NCBI GenBank assembly: GCA_018303655.1
Contig: JAGVXT010000021.1
Location: forward strand, 18,811 to 82,810
Direction of reading: 5' to 3'
From: Candidatus Woesearchaeota archaeon
Lineage (GTDB): Archaea; Nanobdellota; Nanobdellia; Woesearchaeales; GW2011-AR4
Length of the DNA stretch: 64,000 bases
Position 1 is the stretch's first letter, and every line of letters starts with the position of its first letter. A model generated the notes under the pieces. The model saw only the letters and a list, made by a program, of their open reading frames with translations. It made no database searches and was not told the DNA's origin. This document shows, one piece after another, positions 8,087 through 17,012 of the stretch. Position numbers and translations under genes: made by a program.

Positions 8087-10999
8087 TTAATTTAATTTTT
8101 TGTCTTTTTTTTTTGAATATATTATATATCCAAACAATGTTATTGTTATTACGGACAATATAATTAATATAATTTTTACTGCTTTAGATGTCAATTTAAT
8201 AGTTATAAACGATGCTCCAGTAATATCCGTTAGTTCTTTTATTGATTTTTCAGGTATACTTTCCCCCGTCTTTATTAAGTGAGAAGCGGCATTTCCAGAT
8301 TCTAAAACTTGAATTTGTCCAATATTATCTTGACCATAATTAACCCATCTTACAGCATTATTGATAATAGGATCAATCTCTATGGACCTTGTTATGTTGT
8401 AATCTCCATTTGGAATATTAGGTCTTAAATCTACTGTAAAGTTAACTTGGCCACCATTTGGACCTAAGGTTTCAGCAACCAATGGCAAACAATAAGGCGC
8501 TTCTGCCCTATTAGTATCGGTAGCCTTATCTTGATTAAAGCACTTTGTCTTATTTACGTCAGTAATCCAGAAGAACATCCTTAAGGGTAGTAATGCTCCA
8601 ACAGCATAGCCTTCTTTTACTGGAATGTTTATTGTATAGTCTATGCTTATATTTGAAGTAGCACTTAAAGTGTTGGTTGTGATATTTTCAAATAATATAA
8701 CAGAAGTGTCTGTTCCAGTTACTCTCTTCCAAATGTCCTTTGTTGTTTGGTTTATTGTTCTTAATAAGTCAATACATTCTCCTGAGTTGAAGCAGTTATA
8801 GAGGAATTGTAACCAATTGTGTTCTTCTGTTGTAAGACCTTTTCCTATAAGAGACATAGGCACAACTACCATCTTATTACTATCTGCAATGAACGAATCC
8901 GTTTTACCATAATGTAAATCTGCAGTATATTGACATGTATAATCATCAGGAGCAAATGTATTTGTAGCAGGAAATGGATTAGTTTTAGTTTGTCTAGTAC
9001 TAAAACCACCACAAGTAACTGACATTCTCTGACTACCTGAAAATGTCAGTGTTTTATTTGTAACACTATCTGTTAAATTAAACGTAATAGTCCAATTAGC
9101 ATAAGCAAACTGGAAAGTTTTCGAAAAGCTGCTGTTTCCAAAACCGTCATTCGCTCTTACTCTCCAGAAATAGGTATCTTCATCGTTTGAAGGCAAAGTA
9201 ACATTAACGCCAGTAACTCTATCTGAGTCTTGTGGCACAGAACTGTTGAAGTAGACTCTGTTTCCATTAAAATCACTTTGATTATTAACCTCTATTGTGT
9301 ATGTGATTGTATCAATTCCATCATCATCAACTGAATTGTTCCAATTAAATTCCGGCAAATTAGAAGGTTGATTGCCGAAGCCTGAATTGTTTGCTGGTGT
9401 CTGCAATGTAGGGGCTGTAGGCTTTGTGTTGTTGATAGTAACTATTCTTGCGCTGGATCCTGTATTACTGGAGTTATCAGTGCAGGTAACATTCCATTGC
9501 CATACATTTCTGCTTATATTTACCAGTATCCAGTTAGTTAGGGTTCCATTTTTAACACTTGAATTAGTCTGTTTTAAGGTATTATTAAAGTAAAGTCTGC
9601 AACTCATATTCAGCAATCCAAAGTCGTCAGTTGCTGTAAAGTTAAATCTAAAAGGCCTGTCTTTGAAAAATAAAATAGCATTGTTATCTGGCTTTTCCAA
9701 AGTAACTGTTGGTTGTGCCACATCAGTTAAATTTATTGTAAGATTTCCGCTTGTAGAACTTCTGTTTTGATTTCCAGCTTCATCTTTACATCCTATTGAA
9801 ATATTATATAAACCAGGAGAAGTAAATTCTTTTGTGTCTGGCAAAGTGCAAGTTAAAATATTTCCAGGTGCATTTGTGCAATTTGTTAAAGGATCATTGG
9901 CAATCATATCTGTATAGTTTAAATTTAGAGTGCTTATAGCGCAAAAAGAAGGTTCGCTTAAATTTATTTTTACTGTAGGGGTTTTATCAGAAGTTTTACA
10001 AGAATTTTGCTTGTTTGTGTTCCAGTTTGTGCAGCCTAAGCCTCCTTCAGAAGTTATATTATAAAACTTTATTTCTGGCGGTGTTGTGTCTGCTGCTGAT
10101 ATTTCTACAACTGCTATAATTGTTCCATTTCCTCCATAATCATTTCTATCAGAATTTCCATAACCAATGCCTATTCGATTAGTATTATTCATAGTTATAA
10201 AATCAGCATCACCTGTTTTGGGGGGAGTTTGACTGTTTACTGCTGTTGTAGCAAGTGTTTCACTTCCAATATTACAACCTCCAATATAACCACTGCCTCC
10301 TCCTCCAGCTCCGCCATCTCCTCCTGAAGGGTCAATACCTCCGCCTCCTCCGAAGTATCCATCTCCTCCGCCTCCTCCAACTGCCGCTCCACCTTGATGA
10401 TAACCTGTTCCTCCATTCGGAAATCCTCCAAAAGCTCTATTATCTGTAGCAACAGCTGAACTATTGCCTCCGAATAAAGAACCTCCTGCAAAACTTCCAG
10501 CACCGCCAGCAGTCTGGGTTCCACCTGAACCAGGAGTATCACCAATACCACCAGAACCACTTAATCCTTTTGTACCTCCTCCTGCACCCCCTTGTGCTCC
10601 TCCTGAACCTCCTCCACCTCCTGCAATTGCTAAAAGTTCATCATCACTTTGCCTTGCTATTTGACTTCTACCTCCTCCACCTCCTGCAAGAGGCCTGTCA
10701 ATATTTCCTGTTCCATTGCCACCTTGGCCTACAGTAAGGACTATAGTTTCACCTACTGTAAAATTAATAGTACAATTTGTAAAGCCACCAGCACCTCCAT
10801 GATTAAGCCCAGGACCTGCACCATCTCCTCCAGCTCCGCCACCTCCCCACATTAAGAAATAAACATTTGAGGTGGTGACTGGAATGACAAAAGTTTGATT
10901 AAAACCTGTAGAATTAAAGAAATACTTGGTTGTCGTAGCACTGACAAAAGGTATAACTAATAAAAACATTGCAAAAAACCAAATAAACTTCTTAAACAT
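8087..10999 (-). CDS. large secreted surface protein (970 aa) with signal peptide, glycine-rich (GGxGG) domain, sequon-rich Thr/Asn domains and C-terminal TM anchor
   Basis: N-terminus MFKKFIWFFAMFLLVIPFVSATT. About 240 aa of GGGGAGG/GGAGG repeats. Many NxT/S sequons. C-terminal KAVKIILIILSVITITLFGYIIYSKKKDKKLN is a TM helix plus basic tail. Confidence 0.6.
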   Translation of the reverse strand: MFKKFIWFFAMFLLVIPFVSATTTKYFFNSTGFNQTFVIPVTTSNVYFLMWGGGGAGGDGAGPGLNHGGAGGFTNCTINFTVGETIVLTVGQGGNGTGNIDRPLAGGGGGRSQIARQSDDELLAIAGGGGGSGGAQGGAGGGTKGLSGSGGIGDTPGSGGTQTAGGAGSFAGGSLFGGNSSAVATDNRAFGGFPNGGTGYHQGGAAVGGGGGDGYFGGGGGIDPSGGDGGAGGGGSGYIGGCNIGSETLATTAVNSQTPPKTGDADFITMNNTNRIGIGYGNSDRNDYGGNGTIIAVVEISAADTTPPEIKFYNITSEGGLGCTNWNTNKQNSCKTSDKTPTVKINLSEPSFCAISTLNLNYTDMIANDPLTNCTNAPGNILTCTLPDTKEFTSPGLYNISIGCKDEAGNQNRSSTSGNLTINLTDVAQPTVTLEKPDNNAILFFKDRPFRFNFTATDDFGLLNMSCRLYFNNTLKQTNSSVKNGTLTNWILVNISRNVWQWNVTCTDNSSNTGSSARIVTINNTKPTAPTLQTPANNSGFGNQPSNLPEFNWNNSVDDDGIDTITYTIEVNNQSDFNGNRVYFNSSVPQDSDRVTGVNVTLPSNDEDTYFWRVRANDGFGNSSFSKTFQFAYANWTITFNLTDSVTNKTLTFSGSQRMSVTCGGFSTRQTKTNPFPATNTFAPDDYTCQYTADLHYGKTDSFIADSNKMVVVPMSLIGKGLTTEEHNWLQFLYNCFNSGECIDLLRTINQTTKDIWKRVTGTDTSVILFENITTNTLSATSNISIDYTINIPVKEGYAVGALLPLRMFFWITDVNKTKCFNQDKATDTNRAEAPYCLPLVAETLGPNGGQVNFTVDLRPNIPNGDYNITRSIEIDPIINNAVRWVNYGQDNIGQIQVLESGNAASHLIKTGESIPEKSIKELTDITGASFITIKLTSKAVKIILIILSVITITLFGYIIYSKKKDKKLN

Positions 11000-11079
11000 C
11001 TTCTACCTCTATATCTTTTAAGGCAACTGAATCTATTCTTTTTTGCAACGTATTTATCCCTTGGCTTGTAATCTCAAAT

Positions 11080-11592
11080 TTAATGCATGTTTCTCCGCTT
11101 TTGATCATGGATAGAATCACAAGTTACTATATTTCCATCCAAACTGCAATAATACCCAGCTTTACCAAAATCTATTTTCTTTGTAGAGCCAGCTATACCA
11201 ATTGTATAAGCCTTTTTACTGCATACAGTTTTATTTTTCTGAACAACTTTTTCGCTTAGTTTTTCATAGCTTTGATAAGATTCAGTTCCAATTGCACATG
11301 TTACATTATAAACAAGCTGTTCTTGAGAGCAATCGGTATTTGCTCCTGATGTATTCAAACAAAGCGTGTAATTATGGTAATAAATACAATTATTATATAC
11401 ATTTCTTTCTCTAGTAACATGATCAAAAACGTCTTCTTTTGCATTGTAAAATTCAGTAGTGCAGTCTTGGATTTCATTGACGGTTACATTATTATCCAAA
11501 ACTATTGCAGAAATGACGCTTATTGTTGATAATATTGTTAAAATTGATAGAATTAGAAAGGTCTTTGATTTGAAAAGAATCATGCTCACCAC
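11080..11592 (-). CDS. small secreted cysteine-rich protein (170 aa) with N-terminal TM/signal segment
   Basis: Hydrophobic N-terminus (TFLILSILTILSTISVISAIVL). About 10 Cys. Several NxT sequons. Confidence 0.4.
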   Translation of the reverse strand: MVSMILFKSKTFLILSILTILSTISVISAIVLDNNVTVNEIQDCTTEFYNAKEDVFDHVTRERNVYNNCIYYHNYTLCLNTSGANTDCSQEQLVYNVTCAIGTESYQSYEKLSEKVVQKNKTVCSKKAYTIGIAGSTKKIDFGKAGYYCSLDGNIVTCDSIHDQKRRNMH

Positions 11593-11675
11593 ATTTAATT
11601 TCTATAAGGAAAGTTATGATATAAATATTTTTCGGTTTTTGTATTTTAATGAATGATTTGATTTTTTGCAGGCGC

Positions 11676-12329
11676 TTAATTTTTCATAACTAAAGCGTTA
11701 AATTCATTTACTTTTATTTTTTTAACAGAATTAAAACTGGATGTTTTCCCCAGCCTTGTCAGATGGCTGAATGAAGGGTAATGCACATGCTTGTAGTAGT
11801 ATGGCAGTTTTTTTAGAAATTTTCCTAAAGATATTTTAAAGGAATGTGTCGAGTATTTTTCCTTGTCGATTATTACAGCATAGCCATTTTTTCTTAGCAT
11901 GTTTTTTGCTTTTTTAAGGAATTTTGAAAAGTCATTTTTATGCAAATATTGGAAAACTTCTATAAAAAATATCAAATCATATTTTCTAACATCATCATAG
12001 TTGAGGTAATCTGCTGCTAGGAATCTTGCATTCCTGTTTTTTTTAAAAAATTTTTTTGCAGTTTCCACTCTTTTTCTGGAGAAATCTATTCCAATATATT
12101 CTATTTTTTTTGAAAATGTCAGCTGATTTATGAATCCAAACCATGTGCCATGGCCGCAACCAACCTCAAGTATATTTATCCTATCTTTTTTTTTCAGTGA
12201 ATTCAAAATTTCCAAAACGCTCTTATTGAATATCTCCCTAAAACTTTTGGAAGGTGTCCATTTTGCAAAAATGGATGTTGCCTTGTCAAAATTGCCAATT
12301 ATTTCATATTTCCTTTTTTGTTTGTTCAT
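11676..12329 (-). CDS. class I SAM-dependent methyltransferase
   Basis: Motif I ILEVGCGHGTW. The ORF track extends to 12404, but the internal Met (MNKQKRKYEI) avoids a 100-bp overlap with the upstream gene. Confidence 0.65.
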   Translation of the reverse strand: MNKQKRKYEIIGNFDKATSIFAKWTPSKSFREIFNKSVLEILNSLKKKDRINILEVGCGHGTWFGFINQLTFSKKIEYIGIDFSRKRVETAKKFFKKNRNARFLAADYLNYDDVRKYDLIFFIEVFQYLHKNDFSKFLKKAKNMLRKNGYAVIIDKEKYSTHSFKISLGKFLKKLPYYYKHVHYPSFSHLTRLGKTSSFNSVKKIKVNEFNALVMKN

Positions 12330-13356
12330 TTGCAGATTCTCCCGAAGAGGGCTTTGAGCCCTGCTCAAAAGCCTTTCTGTAAGCCGAAAAAAGCTTTGCT
12401 CCAAGGCTTGCCATCAGCGGCCTGTGGATTTTCTTGAAGCAGCTGGAATTCACCAGTTTGCCTCCAAATCTTTTTTTGAATTCCCTCACCCCGTACTCTT
12501 CACCAGGAACCCCTGCTCCCTGAAAATCAAATATCTCGTATCCGTTTTTGCACCCGTATTCCAGCACATGCCAGACCAATGCGTCATTCGGGAAAAGATT
12601 AAGGTGATCTGAAGATGCCCCCGCATAGAAATCAAACATCTTCTTTTTGTGGAGCAGTATAATCCTTCCGGCAATGCATTTGCCCTCATGCATGGCTAAA
12701 AATAGTTTGGCATTTTCCGGCATCAGGTCAAAAACCGCATTAAAAAAGGATATATCCGGAATAAGCACTCCAACTTTATCGTAGGTTTCCTTTATAAGTT
12801 TGTAAAAGCCAGGCAACGAGCTCCTGCCTGACTCAATTATCTCCAAATTTTTTGCGGCTTTCTTGATGTTTTTCCTTCTGGATTTGTGGATTGCCATGAA
12901 AACTGCATCAGGGTCTTTATCCAGGCTGATCTCGAAGTTAAGGGTTGCTGTCCTGCTGTACCCTTCCGATTCGTACAGCCCCTCAAGAAAGCTGTCATTG
13001 TCGACTTTGGCGCTTGAATAAAGGGCCTTTCTCCTTATGTATTTATCATAATGCTTGATGATGAACTCCGCTGCTTCTCTTCCATGCTCGGAATCCTCAT
13101 ACAAAGGAGCATTTTCTATTATAGCTATAGAAGTCAATGATTTAAGAAATTTTTTTGATTCTATTTTTACAAGCATGCATGCAAGGAGCTTTTCTTCCTC
13201 ATTGGAAACTGCAAGCCTGATGCCGCTTCTGTTTCCTGCACTGCTGTAAGCATCAGCCATCTCATACTTCTGGAAGACAGTGGAATGCGTGTTGCTGTCT
13301 ACAAATTCGTTCCATTTTTCCTTGCCTGGAGATATTAGCTTAAGCCCCATTTTCAT
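12304..13356 (-). CDS. FemAB-like / GNAT-fold aminoacyl transferase family protein (Acetyltransf_6-like)
   Basis: C-terminal ...FDFYAGASSDHLNLFPNDALVWHVLEYGCKNGYEIFDFQGAG...GVREFKKRFGG is characteristic of FemAB/BioF2-like N-acyl/aminoacyl transferases. Confidence 0.55.
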   Translation of the reverse strand: MKMGLKLISPGKEKWNEFVDSNTHSTVFQKYEMADAYSSAGNRSGIRLAVSNEEEKLLACMLVKIESKKFLKSLTSIAIIENAPLYEDSEHGREAAEFIIKHYDKYIRRKALYSSAKVDNDSFLEGLYESEGYSRTATLNFEISLDKDPDAVFMAIHKSRRKNIKKAAKNLEIIESGRSSLPGFYKLIKETYDKVGVLIPDISFFNAVFDLMPENAKLFLAMHEGKCIAGRIILLHKKKMFDFYAGASSDHLNLFPNDALVWHVLEYGCKNGYEIFDFQGAGVPGEEYGVREFKKRFGGKLVNSSCFKKIHRPLMASLGAKLFSAYRKAFEQGSKPSSGESANEQTKKEI

Positions 13357-13442
13357 CCTGCTGAGGTATTGAAAAACTTAGGCAAATACTTAAACATTTT
13401 GAAAAAGCCCTATTCAAGAAAATGTGTTTTCCATATTCCCTA

Positions 13443-14963
13443 TTAACTCGTCGGGGATGCTAAGTGCTTTGACAAGGACCTTATATGCCTGGATAACATG
13501 CCGGGAAGCTTTAGAATAGCAGTTGGATCTCTTTTCAGGAGATAAAGGAAAGACCATGGCCTTTTTTTGAGCTTTGATATTGTAAATTCCCTGTAGAACA
13601 TTTCCCTGTATTTTATAAGCTCTTCCTGGGGCAGGTTAGGAAGCTTAATCATGTAATCGCCGAACAATGCCAAATGGTGGTCAGTAAGGTTTTTCATATG
13701 CTCCTCCTTATCTATATAGCCGTTCTTGATGCAGTCATTGTAAAAAGCCGTGCCTGGGAGAACTGATGGGAATATAACTGTGATTTTATCCAAAGGCAGT
13801 TCCTTTGCAAATTCTATGGAATTCCTTATAGACTGGTGGGTCTCGCCTGGCATTCCTATTATGAAGTATGCATTAAGGATAAATCCCAGCTCATGGGCGA
13901 TGCCTGCAATTTCTCTTACCTTGTCAAGCGACAGCTGCTTGTTCATCACTGTATTCAGCATGTAATCATCCCCTGACTCTATGGGAAGATTCAGCGAATA
14001 GCAGCCTGATTTTCTCATAAGTGTAAGGACTTCCCTGTCCAAAGTTCTTATGGAGACTCCTGCAGGCACTTTCCAGTATATATTCAGTTTTCTTTTTATG
14101 ATTTCATTGCAGATGGCCTTTGTCCTTTCCCTGCTGACCGTAGGATTGTCATCTTCAAGCGCAATTTCTTTTGCATTATACTTCTTGACAAGATGCTCTA
14201 TTTCATCCACAACATCAATAGGGTCTCTTGGCCTCCATGTCGGCCCGCCTACAGAATGGACGCTGCAGAATGTGCATCTTTGGTGGCAGCTTCTGCTTGT
14301 TATCACGGACATCTCCCTTTTTGATTTTTTGTCCCACCTGACTGCGCTGTTTTCAAAGTATTTCTCAACTTTTAAAAGGTGCCTCGCAGGCCATGGAAGC
14401 TCGCTTGGGTTTTTTATGAATTTTGTTTTTGGGTTTTTTCTCATTTCCCCGTTGTCCATGTATGCTATGCCATCTATGTCCAGAAGATTTGGATTGTTAT
14501 TTTCAATATGATTGACAAGGTCAAGGGTTGTGAGCTCAGCTTCAGCAATTAAAACATAGTCAATGTATCCTGTCTTAAGAAAATCCTCGTAATTAACGCT
14601 GGGGTGTATTCCCCCGACAAAAACCTTGATGTTTGGGTTTATTTCTTTTATAATTTTACATGTTTCAACAGTAAATTTCATCCTTATCGCAAAAGGGCAC
14701 GATACTCCCACAACATCGGGATTTTCCTGCTTGATTCTTTCTTTAAGCTCGTCAAAAGAAAGCCCGACATGGTATATCCCTTCCTCAAATTGTTTTACAT
14801 CCCCTTCCACCGCAGCATCTATTATGCTAACTTTGTACTCGTTTTTTTCAAGAACAGCAGCTATATATGCAAGGCTCAAAGGAAGGACAACGTTTACATC
14901 CTTTTTCCTTCTTGTCCTGTTCAAATAAGGGGGATTTATCAAAAGCACTTTTGTATTTTTCAT
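13443..14963 (-). CDS. cobalamin-binding (class B) radical SAM protein
   Basis: N-terminal B12-binding-like domain (MKNTKVLLINPPY...VLPLSLAYIAAVL). Radical SAM cluster motif SCHQRCTFCS (CxxxCxxC). Confidence 0.8.
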   Translation of the reverse strand: MKNTKVLLINPPYLNRTRRKKDVNVVLPLSLAYIAAVLEKNEYKVSIIDAAVEGDVKQFEEGIYHVGLSFDELKERIKQENPDVVGVSCPFAIRMKFTVETCKIIKEINPNIKVFVGGIHPSVNYEDFLKTGYIDYVLIAEAELTTLDLVNHIENNNPNLLDIDGIAYMDNGEMRKNPKTKFIKNPSELPWPARHLLKVEKYFENSAVRWDKKSKREMSVITSRSCHQRCTFCSVHSVGGPTWRPRDPIDVVDEIEHLVKKYNAKEIALEDDNPTVSRERTKAICNEIIKRKLNIYWKVPAGVSIRTLDREVLTLMRKSGCYSLNLPIESGDDYMLNTVMNKQLSLDKVREIAGIAHELGFILNAYFIIGMPGETHQSIRNSIEFAKELPLDKITVIFPSVLPGTAFYNDCIKNGYIDKEEHMKNLTDHHLALFGDYMIKLPNLPQEELIKYREMFYREFTISKLKKRPWSFLYLLKRDPTAILKLPGMLSRHIRSLSKHLASPTS

Positions 14964-15113
14964 CTGGAATCAAGTTGCTTTATCCCTATATAAAGTTTTC
15001 TGAATCCCGGGCTTCAGATTTAGCCATTTTGGGGAATTTGTTATCTTGGATTTCTATAAAATCTGAACAAATTATTTAAATACCTGCTGTTAGCGCTGTC
15101 TTGAGGTGGCTTT

Positions 15114-15251
15114 ATGGGAAACATGATAAAAGGTGATGTGTATTTCTGTGAGGATTGCAAGCTTGAAGTGACAGTCACCAAGCCGTGCGATGAGGATTAC
15201 TGTGACATGATGTGCTGCGGGCAGCAGCTGAAAAAGAAGCATGGCAAATAA
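15114..15251 (+). CDS. desulforedoxin-like small Fe(Cys)4 protein (45 aa; not in the supplied ORF track)
   Basis: MGNMIKGDVYFCEDCKLEVTVTKPCDEDYCDMMCCGQQLKKKHGK. GDVYxCExC...CCG matches the desulforedoxin / desulfoferrodoxin N-domain pattern. Confidence 0.55.
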   Translation: MGNMIKGDVYFCEDCKLEVTVTKPCDEDYCDMMCCGQQLKKKHGK

Positions 15252-15284
15252 CAATTAAAAATGAAATGATATGGGGGAATGAAT

Positions 15285-15419
15285 ATGGAAGGAAAAGAAT
15301 GCAATGCTGACAGCGATATAGTAAAGGAAATTTTGTATATAGCTGAAATTCACGGCTTGACAAATAGGGAAAGATGCATAAAAATTGCGGATATTCTGAA
15401 CAGGCATTTTTCAAAATAG
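15285..15419 (+). CDS. hypothetical small protein (44 aa)
   Basis: ATG-initiated open frame (MEGKECNADSDIVKEILYIAEIHGLTNRERCIKIADILNRHFSK) between the desulforedoxin-like gene and the next CDS. No other support. Confidence 0.2.
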   Translation: MEGKECNADSDIVKEILYIAEIHGLTNRERCIKIADILNRHFSK

Positions 15420-15431
15420 TCTGTAAGGCAA

Positions 15432-16982
15432 ATGATTGGCATAATCCTGGAAAACACAAATAAAAAATCGCTTTACGTATTCAAAACTCTCTTTGGCATA
15501 ATGGGATTTGAATATTATTTTATCAATGAAAAAGATGCGGAAAGCTATCCTGTGGTTGTTTATTACGGAAATAATCCTAATTTAAAATCCAAATACGCGA
15601 TAGAAATACCTGTTTCAGGGGATTTCATAGGCAAAATCGGGAAGAGCCCGTACACAAGATCAAATGGAAAGATAATATTTAACATAGACATTGTATCGCT
15701 ATCTTTCTTTCTTTTGGCCAGGCAGGAGGAGATGGACAACAAGGCAAGGGATATGCACAAAAGATTTGACCATTCTGAGACAATTCTGAAGGATTTCATA
15801 AAAGAGCCCATAATTAATAATTACATCAGGCATCTGGAAGAGCTTATCATTGAAGAGTTTAGAAAGCAGAATCTGCCATTGCTTAAAAAGGCATACTGGC
15901 CTTGTGCAGAAGACTTTGCCGCTTCACTGACGCATGATGTTGATGTGCTTTACAAGTACAATTTCATCGGCTCTTTGGTTCAGGCTAAAAAAATACTGGT
16001 TTTATTTCTAAAGCTGAAATTAAAGCTTGCGTTTTCCTCTGCTTACACAATGATTCAATGCATAATCACAAACAAAAAGCCCTACTGGCAGATGCTGAAC
16101 GTCGCTGATTTCGAGAAAAAATACGGATTTGTTTCATCATTTTACCTTTGCGCGAAAAGAAGGCACAAGCTTGACCCATACTATGATGTCAGGAGCGATG
16201 AAATAAAAAATGCCATAAGAAAGCTGCACAGCATGGGCTTTGAGATTGGAGTTCATGGAAGCTACACCTCTTACCTGGATTTTGAAAAATTAAGAGAGGA
16301 AAAGGAGATACTGGAAAAGGCTTTGAACGGAAAAGTTACCGGCAACAGGCAGCATTTTGGCAGGTTTGAAGCGCCTTACACATGGAGGCTGCACAATAAG
16401 CTTTTTGCTTATGACTCAACTGTCGGGTACATCAACATGAGCGGATTCAGGGCTTCAATCTGCTTTCCATTTATTGCTTATGACGCTCTTGAAGACAAGG
16501 AGCTGGATTTGATAGAAGTACCTTTCACCACATCAGACGGAACTCTTTTTGGCCCCATGAATCTGAGCAAGGAAGACGCATGGAAGGACACGGAAAAGCT
16601 TATCGATAAGATAAGGGAAAATAACGGGCTGATTGTCCTGGACTGGCACCAGCGTGTGATATATGAGGAAGATTACCCCGGATACTGGTGGGTTTACGCA
16701 AAGGCTGTTGAGCGCATAAAAGAATTAAAAGCATACGTCGCGCCTTTAGGCGAGATAACTGAATGGTGGGCAGCAAGGGGGAATTTGATTGTTAAATCCG
16801 GCAAAAAAAACAAAAGCTACGAGATAAGCTCAAAAAAAGAATTGAAAAATGCATCTTTCCTTCTTTACAATGCAGATAAATTCAAAATTGAGGGAAACAG
16901 CAAATACGATGCAATTAAGAAAGATGGCTGTTTTTTGATAAAGTTTGAAATGCTTAAGGATGCTGTGATAAAAATTGATTAG
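15432..16982 (+). CDS. hypothetical protein, possibly polysaccharide deacetylase-like beta/alpha-barrel enzyme
   Basis: LTHDVDVLY and C-terminal ...LDWHQRV...EITEWW are reminiscent of CE4/deacetylase-like folds. The assignment is weak. Confidence 0.3.
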   Translation: MIGIILENTNKKSLYVFKTLFGIMGFEYYFINEKDAESYPVVVYYGNNPNLKSKYAIEIPVSGDFIGKIGKSPYTRSNGKIIFNIDIVSLSFFLLARQEEMDNKARDMHKRFDHSETILKDFIKEPIINNYIRHLEELIIEEFRKQNLPLLKKAYWPCAEDFAASLTHDVDVLYKYNFIGSLVQAKKILVLFLKLKLKLAFSSAYTMIQCIITNKKPYWQMLNVADFEKKYGFVSSFYLCAKRRHKLDPYYDVRSDEIKNAIRKLHSMGFEIGVHGSYTSYLDFEKLREEKEILEKALNGKVTGNRQHFGRFEAPYTWRLHNKLFAYDSTVGYINMSGFRASICFPFIAYDALEDKELDLIEVPFTTSDGTLFGPMNLSKEDAWKDTEKLIDKIRENNGLIVLDWHQRVIYEEDYPGYWWVYAKAVERIKELKAYVAPLGEITEWWAARGNLIVKSGKKNKSYEISSKKELKNASFLLYNADKFKIEGNSKYDAIKKDGCFLIKFEMLKDAVIKID

Positions 16983-17012
16983 AATTCTGCATACAGGCTT
17001 GATTATAAATAT

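Noticed and set aside
10237-10855. Several 60-107-aa ORFs on both strands inside the glycine-rich region (for example 10237-10560 minus, 10464-10664 plus)
   Set aside because: They are alternative-frame readings of the repetitive GC-rich Gly codons of the 970-aa surface protein gene. They are low-complexity (Leu/Glu or Pro-rich) and fully overlapped by the long ORF.
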